A stretch of 64,000 nucleotides of DNA from Dehalococcoidia bacterium (GTDB lineage Bacteria > Chloroflexota > Dehalococcoidia > Plut-88900): NCBI GenBank assembly GCA_965207225.1, contig CBDBLV010000004.1, positions 128,001 through 192,000 on the forward strand, in the 5' to 3' direction. Numbering within the stretch: position 1 is the first letter of the stretch; every line of letters begins with the position of its first letter. Positions 38,903 to 49,687 of the stretch are shown piece after piece. A program made the position numbers and the translations under genes. The notes below the pieces were generated by a model. It was not told where the DNA came from. It did no database searches and was given only the letters and a program-made list of their open reading frames with translations.

Positions 38903-39276
38903 AGTCATGTCCTTTCTCGATGAAAGAGAATCCCCAGGTCACCCAAGCCGAATGATACTAACACCTGGCCAAGCACAGAATATGCCGATACCCGACCTGT
39001 GCCAAACAGCCTTTGCGCCGCTTGTTCCCGACCCTATACCATCTCCCGGCAAAAGCCCCGGATGTCCTTCAACCTTCGTGCTTTCCTTCCCGGAGGTCCA
39101 AAAGACTTTTTCTCCAGATCAATCATACAGGCACGGGCACAATCCGAAATAATCAGAAGATTCCGATGGAGGAATCCCGTAGAAACGGATTTCCCGCTTA
39201 CCCCCAAAGTGTTATCATTTTTCGTGGCCCCTGCTCCTTTCCGAATTGGTTGCAACCCGCTCCGACCGCCGACTTT

Positions 39277-40350
39277 ATGGACTACACGCAGGTCCGCGCA
39301 TACCTAGAAGAACGAGAAGAGTCCCTATCTCCGTATGCCACAAAATCGCGGCTGTCCAGGGGCCGGAAGGTGGAGGAGGAGCCAAGCCCGCTGCGCACCG
39401 ATTTTCAGCGTGACCGAGACCGTATCATCCACACCAAGGCCTTCCGACGCCTTAAGCACAAGACCCAGGTCTTCATCGCGCCTCTGGGTGACCACTACGT
39501 CACCCGGCTCACCCACACCCTGGAAGTCTCTCAGATTGGACGCACCATTGCGCGGGCCCTGAACCTCAACGAAGATCTCGTGGAGGCCATGTGCCTGGGC
39601 CACGACTTGGGTCACGCTCCCTTCGGCCATATCGGAGAAGACGTGCTGGCGTCCCTCTATCCCGGGGGGTTTCGACACAGCCATCAGAGCCTGCGGGTGG
39701 TGGACAGGCTGGAAAACGGCGGCAAGGGGCTGAACCTGACCTGGGAGGTGCGTCAGGGTATCGTTTCCCACTCCAAGTCGAGCCTCGGGATTATGGGCGA
39801 TGACTGGAAGCGCCCCCCCACTCTCGAGGCACAAGTTTGCAAGGTATCTGACGCCCTGGCCTATCTGAACCACGATACTGACGACGCCCTCCGTTCGGGC
39901 CTGATCACCGAGGAGGACCTTCCGTCTGAGGCTGTGGAGGTCCTGGGAAGTAACAGGTCAGAGCGGGTGAACACGCTTGTCTCGGACGTGGTTGAGCACT
40001 CGTGGGGGGCATCGGGTCGAGCTCCGGCGCCCGAGGGCGAGCCCCCCACAATCGAGATCGGCAAACGAGTCAAAGAAGCTGCCAACGTCCTCAGAGACTT
40101 CCTGTTTGAAAGAGTCTATTATGTCAGCGGGGCCAGCCCGGAAGCAGCAGAGGCACGCACCGCAGTCGAAGAGATGTACAAACATTATGTTAATCATCCC
40201 GAAGGCATTCCCAGGGAATATCGCCTGCGGGAGAACTCCCCTGAGAGGTGGGCGCTGGACTACATAGCCGGAATGACGGACCGGTACGGGTTAAGGAAGG
40301 CCGGGGAGTTCGGGCTTATGGGGAGAGTCGGGGCAGGGGTGAAACGGTGA
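39277..40350 (+). CDS. dgt: Deoxyguanosinetriphosphate triphosphohydrolase (HD domain)
   Basis: FQRDRDRIIH..AFRRLKHKTQVF, TRLTHTLEV, GHDLGH, DYIAGMTD. Confidence 0.93.
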   Translation: MDYTQVRAYLEEREESLSPYATKSRLSRGRKVEEEPSPLRTDFQRDRDRIIHTKAFRRLKHKTQVFIAPLGDHYVTRLTHTLEVSQIGRTIARALNLNEDLVEAMCLGHDLGHAPFGHIGEDVLASLYPGGFRHSHQSLRVVDRLENGGKGLNLTWEVRQGIVSHSKSSLGIMGDDWKRPPTLEAQVCKVSDALAYLNHDTDDALRSGLITEEDLPSEAVEVLGSNRSERVNTLVSDVVEHSWGASGRAPAPEGEPPTIEIGKRVKEAANVLRDFLFERVYYVSGASPEAAEARTAVEEMYKHYVNHPEGIPREYRLRENSPERWALDYIAGMTDRYGLRKAGEFGLMGRVGAGVKR

Positions 40351-42167
40351 GCAGCGCATCCATAGAAGAGGTCAGGAACAGGCTCGACATCGTCGATGTC
40401 ATCTCGGAGACGGTGCCCCTGAAGAAAGCGGGCCGAACTTTCAAGGCGCCCTGCCCGTTCCACAACGAACGCACGCCGTCCTTCATAGTCAATCCCGACA
40501 GGCAAACGTGGCACTGCTTCGGGGCATGCAGCACCGGGGGTGACGTATTTTCCTTCGTAATGAAGAGGGAGAATATGGAGTTCGGGGAGACACTGCGGAC
40601 ACTCGCCGAAAAGGTCGGGGTCGCCCTCCCGACCCGGGACCAGGCCGCTGAGAGCAAGACCGACCGGCTACTTGAGGCCAACAAAGCCGCTGCCGCCTTT
40701 TTCCAGAACCAGCTTCTGACATCCACGGCCGCTTCCCAGGCCCGGGACTATATCCGGCAGCGAGGACTCTCCGAAGGAGTCGTGAAGGACTTCCAGCTTG
40801 GCTATTGTCCTCCGACCTCCGGGGTGCTATTCAGGCATCTGCAGGGTATTGGTTTCAACATGGACGAGTGCGCCGACGCGGGGCTCGGCACCCGAACCGA
40901 CTCCGGGGAAATGCGTGATATTTTCCGTGGGCGGCTAATCTTTCCAATCCGCAGCCCTCGTGGCCGGGTGATCGGGTTCGGAGGCCGGGCACTGGGGGAG
41001 TCGGGGCCCAAGTACATCAACTCACCCCAGTCCCCCTTATTCGACAAGAGCGGCACCCTCTACGCCGCGGACCGGGCCCGGGAAGCCGCCCGTGAGGCAG
41101 ACAGGGCCGTGGTCGTCGAGGGGTACATGGACGTGATCACCGCCCACCAATTCGGGTTCAGGAACGTGGTTGCCTCCATGGGAACGGCGCTGACCGAGAA
41201 ACAAGTGGACGTGCTGAAGCGGCTCTGTAAGCGGATATCCCTGGCCCTGGACGCCGACACCGCGGGCCAGGAAGCCACCCTGCGCAGCTTGAAGTCGTCG
41301 TGGCAATCCTTCTATCGCAGCGTTCATCCGCTTCAGGGAAGCAACCGTCGCCGATTCCTGGAAGGTCCTCCCGACCAAGTAGTTGATATCGTCACGCTTC
41401 CCAAGGGCGAAGATCCGGACAGCATCATCCGCAAAGACCCGGATCGCTGGATCTCCCTGCTGGAGTCTCCGACGCCGCTCATCGACTACCTGATGGAGAT
41501 GGAGGTAGGCAGGGCGAACCTAGACTCCCCCGGGGCACGGGCCACGATATTGGAGGAGTTCCGCTCTCTTTTGGTAACAACCGACTTCTTCGATCAGGAA
41601 GTCTACGTGCGGAAGCTGGCCAACCTGATGCAGGTGACCGAGGAGACTGTAAAGGCGGCGATCAACAGCCCCTCTCCAAGCCGGATACGCCAGCCCCGCC
41701 CCCCTTCCCCCTCCAGACAGAACAAGGCGGGAGCGGGCACAGCACCAACCCCAAGACGGAACGACGTACTGGAGGACTATGTACTGGGCCTGCTGCTGCA
41801 ACATCCTTACCTTCTCCCGGAATTGGATGAACCCGATCCTGAGTGGTTTATCGACCCAATGAACCGGGATGTATTTCAACGCCTGATTTCGGGCATTGCG
41901 ATTGAGGATGAAGGCGAAATGGAAGAAGTCATGACCAGGCTTATGGGCGCATTCATTCCCGACAGCACGGATGAAGACATGGTCCGCGGTCTGAGGGAAT
42001 GCGTCACCCGCCTCGAGAGCCGGCGACTCAAACGGCTCAAGCAGGCCGAGGAGTCGGCCTTGGGAGACGAAGAGGCGCTGGGTGACGCCGTCGAGGCCAT
42101 CCGAGGCAGAGCGTTGGCCATCAATGAGGGCCTGAAGAGGCTCCATACAAGGGGCAGCGCGGTATAA
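40347..42167 (+). CDS. dnaG: DNA primase
   Basis: CPFHNERTPSF zinc finger, KYINSPQ, VVEGYMDV, DADTAG; GTGA overlap with dgt. Confidence 0.96.
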   Translation: MSSASIEEVRNRLDIVDVISETVPLKKAGRTFKAPCPFHNERTPSFIVNPDRQTWHCFGACSTGGDVFSFVMKRENMEFGETLRTLAEKVGVALPTRDQAAESKTDRLLEANKAAAAFFQNQLLTSTAASQARDYIRQRGLSEGVVKDFQLGYCPPTSGVLFRHLQGIGFNMDECADAGLGTRTDSGEMRDIFRGRLIFPIRSPRGRVIGFGGRALGESGPKYINSPQSPLFDKSGTLYAADRAREAAREADRAVVVEGYMDVITAHQFGFRNVVASMGTALTEKQVDVLKRLCKRISLALDADTAGQEATLRSLKSSWQSFYRSVHPLQGSNRRRFLEGPPDQVVDIVTLPKGEDPDSIIRKDPDRWISLLESPTPLIDYLMEMEVGRANLDSPGARATILEEFRSLLVTTDFFDQEVYVRKLANLMQVTEETVKAAINSPSPSRIRQPRPPSPSRQNKAGAGTAPTPRRNDVLEDYVLGLLLQHPYLLPELDEPDPEWFIDPMNRDVFQRLISGIAIEDEGEMEEVMTRLMGAFIPDSTDEDMVRGLRECVTRLESRRLKRLKQAEESALGDEEALGDAVEAIRGRALAINEGLKRLHTRGSAV

Positions 42168-42201
42168 GGGTGTATAATAGGACCTTGGACACCGGCATCG
42201 C

Positions 42202-43737
42202 ATGAACCGCAACCGTAACCGTAACCCAGACACCATGGCAGAAGAAGAGGGCCTGGACCCCGAGCAGGAGAATGGGGTAAAGGCTCCCATTGTCGCCAAC
42301 CTCAACGGTGGGGAGACCGACTACCGTAAGGTGATCGGTGCCGCCATCGCCACGACCAGCGTCCTGGACCTCCTCAACCCCGACCGCCCTCAACACTCGG
42401 ACGGGCCGACCAAGGTGGAGAAGGTGCTGGCGGCGGCCCAGGCAACAATCGACCAGGAGATGGTCGATGACCCGGTCCGCATGTACTTGCGGGAGATAGG
42501 TCGGGTCAGGCTTCTCAGCGCCAGAGACGAACGGATCCTGGCCCGGCGCATGGAGGGCGGCAAACTTCTTTCCATCATCGAAGAGAGGCTGCTCGAAGAG
42601 ATCGGCACTGACCCTTCATCCTCGGACGTGGTTACGGCGATGCTGGAGCACCTCGGGAGGACCGGCCCGACCATCGACAAGATGGCCTACGAGCTCGGGC
42701 TCACGCCCCCCGTGACCCTCGCACACCTCACTACGCATCCCATCCTTCGCAACGCAATTAAGGCGGAGATCGACTCCGAACTGGCCGCATCCATAGGCGA
42801 GGCACTGGGAAGAGACCCCGAGGAAGTCGACGAAGACCTGGTCGTAGCCTCGGTGGAGGCCCGGATCATGCCAGAGACGGCAATCCAGGCCCTCGGCCCG
42901 GACACCCTGCTGGTAGACATTCCCGAAAGACTGCGGAACACCGGTGTAGCCGTGGCCCTGGCCACCATTAATCCCCGTTTCCGCCGTGACCTCAACGTGC
43001 TCAAGGACGAGGGCGGAAGGGCCCAGCGCCACCTGACAGAGGCCAATCTACGGCTGGTGGTCAGCGTGGCCAAGAAGTACATCGGGCGTGGGATGTCGCT
43101 CCTGGACTTGATCCAGGAGGGCAACATCGGCCTCATAAGGGCCGTGGAGAAGTTTGACTACCGGAAGGGCTACAAGTTCAGCACCTACGCCACATGGTGG
43201 ATCCGACAGGCCATCACCCGCGCCATTGCAGACCAGGCCCGCACCATCCGAATCCCCGTCCACATGGTAGAGACCATCAACAAACTCCTCAGGATGAGCC
43301 GACGCCTGGTCCAGGAGTATGGTCGGGAGCCGACCAGCGAGGAGATCAGCCAGGGAATGGAGATCACCCCCGAAAAAGTGCGGGACATCATCAAGATTTC
43401 CCAGGAGCCCGTTTCCCTGGAAACCCCTGTGGGCGAAGAGGATGACAGCCACCTCGGGGACTTCATCGAGGACCGTTCGACCCTCGCCCCCGCCGACGCC
43501 GCATCCCACCAGCTTCTGAAGGAGCAGGTGAACGAGGTACTTGAAACCCTGAACGGCAGGGAAAAGAAGGTCCTCCAGTTGCGATTCGGGCTGGAAGACG
43601 GGCGCAGCAGGACACTGGAAGAGGTCGGGCGGGAGTTTGGGGTGACCCGGGAGCGGATACGCCAGATAGAGGCCAAGGCGCTCCGCAAACTCCGCCACCC
43701 CACCCGCAGCAAGAAACTGCGCGACTTTCTGGAGTAG
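42202..43737 (+). CDS. rpoD: RNA polymerase primary sigma factor
   Basis: [65 protein letters not shown]; start could instead be 42235. Confidence 0.96.
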   Translation: MNRNRNRNPDTMAEEEGLDPEQENGVKAPIVANLNGGETDYRKVIGAAIATTSVLDLLNPDRPQHSDGPTKVEKVLAAAQATIDQEMVDDPVRMYLREIGRVRLLSARDERILARRMEGGKLLSIIEERLLEEIGTDPSSSDVVTAMLEHLGRTGPTIDKMAYELGLTPPVTLAHLTTHPILRNAIKAEIDSELAASIGEALGRDPEEVDEDLVVASVEARIMPETAIQALGPDTLLVDIPERLRNTGVAVALATINPRFRRDLNVLKDEGGRAQRHLTEANLRLVVSVAKKYIGRGMSLLDLIQEGNIGLIRAVEKFDYRKGYKFSTYATWWIRQAITRAIADQARTIRIPVHMVETINKLLRMSRRLVQEYGREPTSEEISQGMEITPEKVRDIIKISQEPVSLETPVGEEDDSHLGDFIEDRSTLAPADAASHQLLKEQVNEVLETLNGREKKVLQLRFGLEDGRSRTLEEVGREFGVTRERIRQIEAKALRKLRHPTRSKKLRDFLE

Positions 43738-43892
43738 TTCTTCCTCTGCCCCGTGCATTTCGAACCGCCTGCGCAGATACGGGCCAAGGGCCTTAGTCCG
43801 GCCAACCCGCTTAACCCCTTTCCAGCCTTGGCCAACACACATCTCCGCTTCCACGCCGGTACCCGCACGCATCTTGTTACGGAGCTAGGATT

Positions 43893-44798
43893 TTGAAAAT
43901 CCTCAAGGACCCGCGCCTAGACGTCAGGTTCTTGCCGACACTGATCATCCGAACGGTCAAAGAGCTAGGCGACGACGATGCCACCCACATGGCTGCCGGC
44001 GTCGCCTACTACGCACTCTTCTCCCTCTTCCCATTGCTATTAGGGATCATCGCCATCATCGGAATGGCGTCCGAATCCGCCTCAACACGGCAAAGGATTC
44101 TGGAGTGGACATCCGAGAGTTTTCCGGGCGCCGGGGACCTGATTTCGGACAACATTGTTGCCTCCATCGAGGCGTCGGGCTCCCTGGGGGCAATATCTAT
44201 CATCGGGCTAATCTGGGCTGGGAGCGCCATATTCGGCGCGATTACAAAGGCAGTGAACCGGGCCTGGGATATAGAGGAAGACCGGCCCTTCGTGAAGAAC
44301 AAGATCATGCAGCTTACGATGGCCGTGGGGGTCGCCATTCTCTTCGCTCTGGCCCTGGCCAGCGCATCCATAGCTCAGGCCTCGGGCCGCTTCGGAGACA
44401 CCAAGGCCTTTCTCCTCGGCCACGCCGACCATGTCCCCGGCCTGGTACTCTTCCGGCTGCTGTCTTTCATAGCCAACCTGGCTATTTTCCTTACCCTTTA
44501 CAAGGTCATCCCCAACACCAAGACTCACTGGCGTTACATCTGGCCAGGAGCCCTGGCAGCAGCCCTCCTGTTCGAGGGGGGGAAGTATCTCTTCGTCTTC
44601 TACCTGGACAATTTTGCTACCCTCAGCGCAGTGTATGGCTCCATCGGGTCCGTTATCGTACTGCTGCTGTGGGCCTACGTGAGCGCCTTTATCCTGATTC
44701 TCGGCGCTGAACTGAGTTCCGAATACGGCAGGATGCTGCAGGGTGTTGAAAGGGGCCGGAATACGGGCAACAGGTCGGGGACAGGCAGGGTCTTCTAG
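43893..44798 (+). CDS. YihY/virulence factor BrkB family membrane protein
   Basis: AAGVAYYALFSLFP, AVNRAW, YGSIGSVIVLLLWAY, LGAEL. Confidence 0.9.
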   Translation: MKILKDPRLDVRFLPTLIIRTVKELGDDDATHMAAGVAYYALFSLFPLLLGIIAIIGMASESASTRQRILEWTSESFPGAGDLISDNIVASIEASGSLGAISIIGLIWAGSAIFGAITKAVNRAWDIEEDRPFVKNKIMQLTMAVGVAILFALALASASIAQASGRFGDTKAFLLGHADHVPGLVLFRLLSFIANLAIFLTLYKVIPNTKTHWRYIWPGALAAALLFEGGKYLFVFYLDNFATLSAVYGSIGSVIVLLLWAYVSAFILILGAELSSEYGRMLQGVERGRNTGNRSGTGRVF

Positions 44799-44801
44799 CT
44801 T

Positions 44802-45488
44802 ATGGAATCCCTGGAAGAACTGAACGATCGCATAGTTTCCTGCACACGGTGCCCGAGGCTCATACAGTGGTGTCGGGACGTGGCGCAGGCAAAGCGTCGC
44901 ATGTACATTGATTGGGAGTACTGGGGAAAGCCGGTGCCCGGGTTCGGGGACCCGGAGGCTCGGGTGCTGGTGGTCGGGCTGGCACCCGCAGCCCACGGGG
45001 CCAACCGCACGGGCCGACTCTTCACCGGTGACGACAGCGGCAACTGGCTTTACAACGCCCTATTCCGGCAGGGCTGGGCCAACCAGCCGATAGCTACCCA
45101 TCGCGGCGACGGCATGACACTTACCGACGCGTACATTACGGCCGCGGCCCGGTGCGCTCCACCCCAGAACCGCCCCACCCCCGAGGAGCTATCCAACTGC
45201 ATTCCCTACCTGGATGCAGAGTTGGACCTTCTGGACAGGCTGGAAGTTGTGATAGCGTTCGGCGGGATTGCCTTTGACCGGTTTCTGCGGTTGTGGAAGA
45301 GTCGGGGGAACGAAGTTCCGGCACCCAGGCCCCGGTTCGGCCACAACGTGGTCCACGAACTGCCGCCGGGTCTGAAGCTGGTCGGGTGCTATCACCCGAG
45401 CCGGCAGAACACCAATACGGGCAAACTGACCCGCGAAATGCTCGATGAGGCATTTGCTACGGCGAAGTCGCTCCTCACCAATCCCTGA
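44802..45488 (+). CDS. Uracil-DNA glycosylase (family 5/UdgB-like, Fe-S)
   Basis: CTRCPRL, YWGKPVPGFG, GLAPAAHGANRTGR, CAPPQN, YHPSRQNT. Confidence 0.92.
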   Translation: MESLEELNDRIVSCTRCPRLIQWCRDVAQAKRRMYIDWEYWGKPVPGFGDPEARVLVVGLAPAAHGANRTGRLFTGDDSGNWLYNALFRQGWANQPIATHRGDGMTLTDAYITAAARCAPPQNRPTPEELSNCIPYLDAELDLLDRLEVVIAFGGIAFDRFLRLWKSRGNEVPAPRPRFGHNVVHELPPGLKLVGCYHPSRQNTNTGKLTREMLDEAFATAKSLLTNP

Positions 45489-45545
45489 TCCAGTCGCAAC
45501 GCTGTATAATTCCCACGGACTTTCAGACACCCCGAGGCTTTACCC

Positions 45546-46847
45546 ATGACTCACGGCAACCTTTCCACCTTCCCTTCGACCACCATCATCAACAACCAGG
45601 ACCATTTGTCCATCGGCTGCTGCGATCTCATAGACCTCGCCCAGGATTTCGGAACGCCCCTATACATCTTTGACGAGGTCACGCTCCGGGACATGTGCGC
45701 CCAGTTCCGGGATGAGTTCGCCTCCCGCTACCCCGACTCCCAGGTCCTCTACGCCAGCAAGGCCTACATCAACCCGGCCCTAGCCCGGATTTTCAGCGAG
45801 GAAGGACTGGGGCTTGACGTAGTCTCGGGCGGCGAGCTGGCCGTGGCGCAGGCCGCAGACTTCAACGCCAATCTCGTCTACTTCCACGGCAATAACAAGG
45901 GCCCCGAGGAGCTTGAAGCGGCCCTGGACTGGGGAATCGGACGGGTGGTTGTCGATAACCCACGGGAGATGGAGCTCATTGATGCGATCGCCCGGGACCG
46001 GGGCATCGTACAGGATATCCTGATACGTGTTTCTCCGGGCGTCGACCCTCATACCCACAGCCACACCACGACGGGCATCCTGGACAGCAAATTCGGCATT
46101 CCGATAGAGACGGGACTGGCGGAGCAGGCCGTTCAGCAAGCCATGTCGTCTGCCAATCTGCGGCTCCTGGGTCTCCACTTCCACCTCGGGTCTCCCATCT
46201 ACGAGATAGAGCCGTATACCACCGCAATCGACGTCACGATGTCCTTCGCTTCAGAAATGGAGGACCGGCACGGGCTTGAGCTCAAGGAGTTCAGCCCGGG
46301 GGGCGGCTTTGCCATCCAGTACACCGCAGACGAACCTCCACCCGACGTCTCCCAATACGCCGACGCCATAACATCGGCAATTCTGGAACGTACCCAGACT
46401 CCACCCCGGCTCCTCATTGAGCCAGGTCGGGCGATTGCGGGTCGGGCGGGGGTGGCCCTGTATAGCGTCGGGACCACAAAGGACGTGCCCGGAATCCGCA
46501 AGTACGTCTCGGTGGACGGCGGGATGGGGGACAACATACGGCCGGCCATCTACGGGTCCCGATACGAGGCAATGGTTGCGAACCGGGCGTCGGCACCGAT
46601 CCAGGAGACGGTCACCATCGCCGGCAAGTTCTGTGAGTCGGGGGACATCCTCGTGGAAAACGTAGATCTCCCCGTAGTGGACAGCGACGACCTGATAGCG
46701 ATTCCAGCCTCCGGTGCGTACTGCCTTGCCATGGCCTCCAATTACAACGCCGCCCCCCGACCACCCATCGTCCTGGTCAAGGACGGGGAGCCACGCCTGA
46801 TCCGCCGCCGGGAGACCTTCCAGGATCTCATGCTGTGCGATCTCTGA
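45546..46847 (+). CDS. lysA: Diaminopimelate decarboxylase
   Basis: YASKA, HGNNK, SKFG, HLGS, EPGR, GKFCESGD, GAYC..MASNYN. Confidence 0.95.
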   Translation: MTHGNLSTFPSTTIINNQDHLSIGCCDLIDLAQDFGTPLYIFDEVTLRDMCAQFRDEFASRYPDSQVLYASKAYINPALARIFSEEGLGLDVVSGGELAVAQAADFNANLVYFHGNNKGPEELEAALDWGIGRVVVDNPREMELIDAIARDRGIVQDILIRVSPGVDPHTHSHTTTGILDSKFGIPIETGLAEQAVQQAMSSANLRLLGLHFHLGSPIYEIEPYTTAIDVTMSFASEMEDRHGLELKEFSPGGGFAIQYTADEPPPDVSQYADAITSAILERTQTPPRLLIEPGRAIAGRAGVALYSVGTTKDVPGIRKYVSVDGGMGDNIRPAIYGSRYEAMVANRASAPIQETVTIAGKFCESGDILVENVDLPVVDSDDLIAIPASGAYCLAMASNYNAAPRPPIVLVKDGEPRLIRRRETFQDLMLCDL

Positions 46848-47878
46848 TCGGCGCCGAGGCTCCCCGCATATACGGGCAGCATGGCATCCTCAACCTGCTT
46901 CACACGGCATCCGCCGCCGGCAGGCTGGCGCATGCCTATCTGCTGGTGGGGCCTCCTCACGTGGGCAAGATGACAGTGGCGCTGCACCTGGCCCAACTGG
47001 TCAACTGCGAAGATCCGAGGCCCGGGCCCTGCCAAGATTGCGCCCAGTGCTCCCGCATCGCGTCGGGGCATCATGCGGATGTGCAGGCTATTGGGTTGCC
47101 CGTAAACGAGGACGGCTCGCTGGGAACTCAGGTGCGCATCGAGCAGGTGCGAGAGCTCCGCAAGCAGGCCAGCTTGCGCCCTTATGAGGGTCGGACTCGA
47201 GTCTTCATTCTGCAGGACGCCGAACTCCTTACCACCGAGGCGGCCAACAGCCTGCTCAAGTACCTGGAAGAACCTCCTCCCAATGTTCTTCTAGTCCTTC
47301 TGACCGCCGACGAAGACGCCCTCCTACCGACCGTTGTGTCCCGTTGCCAGCGCATCGAGCTCAGGGCCATGCCTCTTCCCGAGCTGGAGCGAGTGTTGAC
47401 CGCAGATTACGGGGTTGAGGGCGAACGTGCAGCGCTATTGTCACGACTCTCCGGCGGCTGCCCCGGCTGGGCTATCTCTGCGGCGCAAGAGCCCGCTATC
47501 CTCGATGCCCGGCTGGAAGCGTTGAACGAGCAGGCATCCCTCGTCGAGGCCGACCTCCCGACCCGCTTCCGATTTGCCAGCTCGCTGGGCAACGCGTTCT
47601 ACAGGGACAGGCCTCGGGTGAGGGGTATGCTAGACCTCTGCCAGTCCTGGTGGATGGACCTCCTCTTATACACCGCCGCTGTCCCAGAGCAGGCAGTAAA
47701 CGTCCACATGGCAGAGAAGCTGGATGCCCAGGCTCAAGGCCTGACCATCCACCAGGCCCACGCGTTCCTCAGCGACCTAGCCCGTGCTCGAGATATGCTG
47801 GAGCGCAACGCCATTCCCCGTCTCGCCCTGGAGTGGCTAATGCTCAAGATGCCCGTACAGGGTAAGAAGGCGGCTTAG
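46835..47878 (+). CDS. holB: DNA polymerase III subunit delta'
   Basis: HAYLLVGPPHVGK, C-x-CxxCxxC zinc site, AANSLLKYLEEPP, PTVVSRCQ. Confidence 0.9.
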   Translation: MRSLIGAEAPRIYGQHGILNLLHTASAAGRLAHAYLLVGPPHVGKMTVALHLAQLVNCEDPRPGPCQDCAQCSRIASGHHADVQAIGLPVNEDGSLGTQVRIEQVRELRKQASLRPYEGRTRVFILQDAELLTTEAANSLLKYLEEPPPNVLLVLLTADEDALLPTVVSRCQRIELRAMPLPELERVLTADYGVEGERAALLSRLSGGCPGWAISAAQEPAILDARLEALNEQASLVEADLPTRFRFASSLGNAFYRDRPRVRGMLDLCQSWWMDLLLYTAAVPEQAVNVHMAEKLDAQAQGLTIHQAHAFLSDLARARDMLERNAIPRLALEWLMLKMPVQGKKAA

Positions 47879-47886
47879 GAGACGAG

Positions 47887-48120
47887 TTGGCGTCCATCGC
47901 AGGGGTAAGGCTGAAGCGATCGGGGCCCGTGCTCTACTACGACGCCGGCGCCCTAGAACTCAGCGTCAACGACTTCGTGGTTGTGGAGACCGACGATGGA
48001 GACCGGCTGGGCCGGGTGGCCTTCACGCCCGACCAACTTCTACTCATACAATTGAGAGAATATGCAGGCTCCATCCTGAGGTTGGCCACGGAGGAGGAAC
48101 TGGGCTCGGGGCTTCTCTGA
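47887..48120 (+). CDS. Short PSP1/YaaT(RicT)-like N-terminal fragment (77 aa)
   Basis: GVRLKRSGPVLYYD..L.V.D.VVVET....LGRV....ILRLATEEE resembles the YaaT N-terminus; canonical position after holB. Confidence 0.65.
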   Translation: MASIAGVRLKRSGPVLYYDAGALELSVNDFVVVETDDGDRLGRVAFTPDQLLLIQLREYAGSILRLATEEELGSGLL

Positions 48121-48127
48121 AACCGGA

Positions 48128-48646
48128 TCAGGCGGGGACGAACTTCCGCCATTCCTCCCGGGTGCTCAGATACGGCCCCAGGTCCCGGTAGCGTCTTGAG
48201 GGCGGTCTGACAGGCACTCGCCTAAGCCTCATGCCCGCCTGTTCGGGGGTGCGGCCCGCCTTCCGCAGATTGCACGGTACGCAAGCGCTGACCACGTTCT
48301 CCCAGGTGTGCATACCCCCCGCCCGGCGCGGCACCACGTGGTCAAGGGTCAGGTTAGGCACCTGCTTTTCGCAGTACTGGCAGAAGTGCTTGTCCCTTAC
48401 AAACACCTCCCGCCGGGAAAGGCGGGGAGGAAGCATGGGGCGTTTGATCATGTGGCCGAGCCTGATTACGGAAGGTAACTCGAACCAGGCCTCGGCGCTG
48501 CGCATTTCACCCCTGCCGTTCTCCAGGGTCTCGGCCTTGCCCTTGAGGAGGAGGACGACGGCGCGCCGCATGTTACAGACGTTAAGGGGTTCGTAGTTCT
48601 GGTTCAGGACCAGAACGGCCTTGTTGACCGGTATCGTGCGAGCCAT
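48128..48646 (-). CDS. HNH endonuclease (McrA-like)
   Basis: VLVLNQNYEPL, RD...CQYC, LTLDHVVPR..GG.HTWENVV.AC..CN.RK. Confidence 0.92.
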   Translation of the reverse strand: MARTIPVNKAVLVLNQNYEPLNVCNMRRAVVLLLKGKAETLENGRGEMRSAEAWFELPSVIRLGHMIKRPMLPPRLSRREVFVRDKHFCQYCEKQVPNLTLDHVVPRRAGGMHTWENVVSACVPCNLRKAGRTPEQAGMRLRRVPVRPPSRRYRDLGPYLSTREEWRKFVPA

Positions 48647-48676
48647 TCGCTAAGGGGTTGAGTCCTAACTGGGCCA

Positions 48677-49363
48677 CTAAGGAGGTCGAGTTGATTCTAT
48701 CACACGCCGTTGATTCCCCTGCAACCAACCCCGGGCTCCGACCAGGATCGTCAGCCATACGGCGCCCATAACAAGCGCGCCTGCTGTATCGCTGGGCCAG
48801 TGGGCACCAAGGTAGACGCGGGACATTGCCATCGCCGCTACCAGCAGAACGAGGGCAACCTGGGCGATCCTGGCAGGTATAGCACACCGTCCACCTAGGC
48901 CCGACAGTACTATCGCCATACCACCAAAGCACACGACTGCGAACATGACGTGGCCGCTGGGGAAGCCGTAGGTTGTGAGTTCTTCGTGCACCTCCAGCAG
49001 TGAGGGGTCGGGACGGGGGCTTGCGACTACACGCTTGACGGCCCAGTTGACGCCTACACTAATTGCGACGAGGGCCACGAACAGCCCTGCGTCGGACCGG
49101 CGGCCAACAACGAACAGAACCAACCCCAGACACGCCGTGATAATGGATCCCGGGACCCACCACCCCACCGCCGACACCCCTCTCATCGCTTCGTCAAACA
49201 CGGGCAAGGATATCGACTGTACCCACTCGGCCAGTGGCAGGTCGCCGGGGAAGCGGTCCAGTCGGGCGGCGGTTAGCGACATCCCCACCGACACCGCGAC
49301 CAGCAGCATGAGAATGAGAGTCAGCCGCTGGACCGGGGCGAGATGGAAGGAGACGGATTGCAC
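48677..49363 (-). CDS. PAP2 family phosphatase
   Basis: KRVVASPRP, FPSGH, SRVYLGAHWPSD; start uncertain. Confidence 0.88.
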   Translation of the reverse strand: MQSVSFHLAPVQRLTLILMLLVAVSVGMSLTAARLDRFPGDLPLAEWVQSISLPVFDEAMRGVSAVGWWVPGSIITACLGLVLFVVGRRSDAGLFVALVAISVGVNWAVKRVVASPRPDPSLLEVHEELTTYGFPSGHVMFAVVCFGGMAIVLSGLGGRCAIPARIAQVALVLLVAAMAMSRVYLGAHWPSDTAGALVMGAVWLTILVGARGWLQGNQRRVIESTRPP

Positions 49364-49375
49364 CTCTGCGGCAGT

Positions 49376-49687
49376 CTAAAGACCGATGACGGACTTACGC
49401 AGGACTTCGTTAAGCCTTGTCTGCCAACCCCGTCCGGTACTCCGAAAGTGGGCTACGATGTCTGCGTCGAGCCGTACGGTGACCTTTTCCTTGATTGGCG
49501 CCTTCTGCTTGCCTCGCCCGGGCCGGTGGCGCTCCACGATGTGAGGCATGACTTCGATTGCCGGACGAGCCCGTCGGAACCAATCATCGTCCAACTCGAA
49601 GTCGTCCGGGTCTTCGGCAATCTGGCGCTGTATCTCTGCTTCTTCTTCGTCTGTTGGGCTGATGTGTCCTGGCTTAAGTTCCGGCAT
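49376..49687 (-). CDS. brnA: BrnA family antitoxin
   Basis: C-terminal KEKVTVRLDADIVAHFRSTGRGWQTRLNEVLR; AGGAGG RBS. Confidence 0.88.
   Translation of the reverse strand: MPELKPGHISPTDEEEAEIQRQIAEDPDDFELDDDWFRRARPAIEVMPHIVERHRPGRGKQKAPIKEKVTVRLDADIVAHFRSTGRGWQTRLNEVLRKSVIGL

Noticed and set aside
42205-42228. AACCGY hexamer repeat at the rpoD 5' end as a contingency locus
   Set aside because: Only about 4 imperfect in-frame units, possibly upstream of the true start; no evidence of phase variation.
48118-48120. Selenocysteine readthrough at the PSP1-fragment TGA
   Set aside because: No YaaT-like sequence continues in frame; the convergent HNH gene follows immediately.
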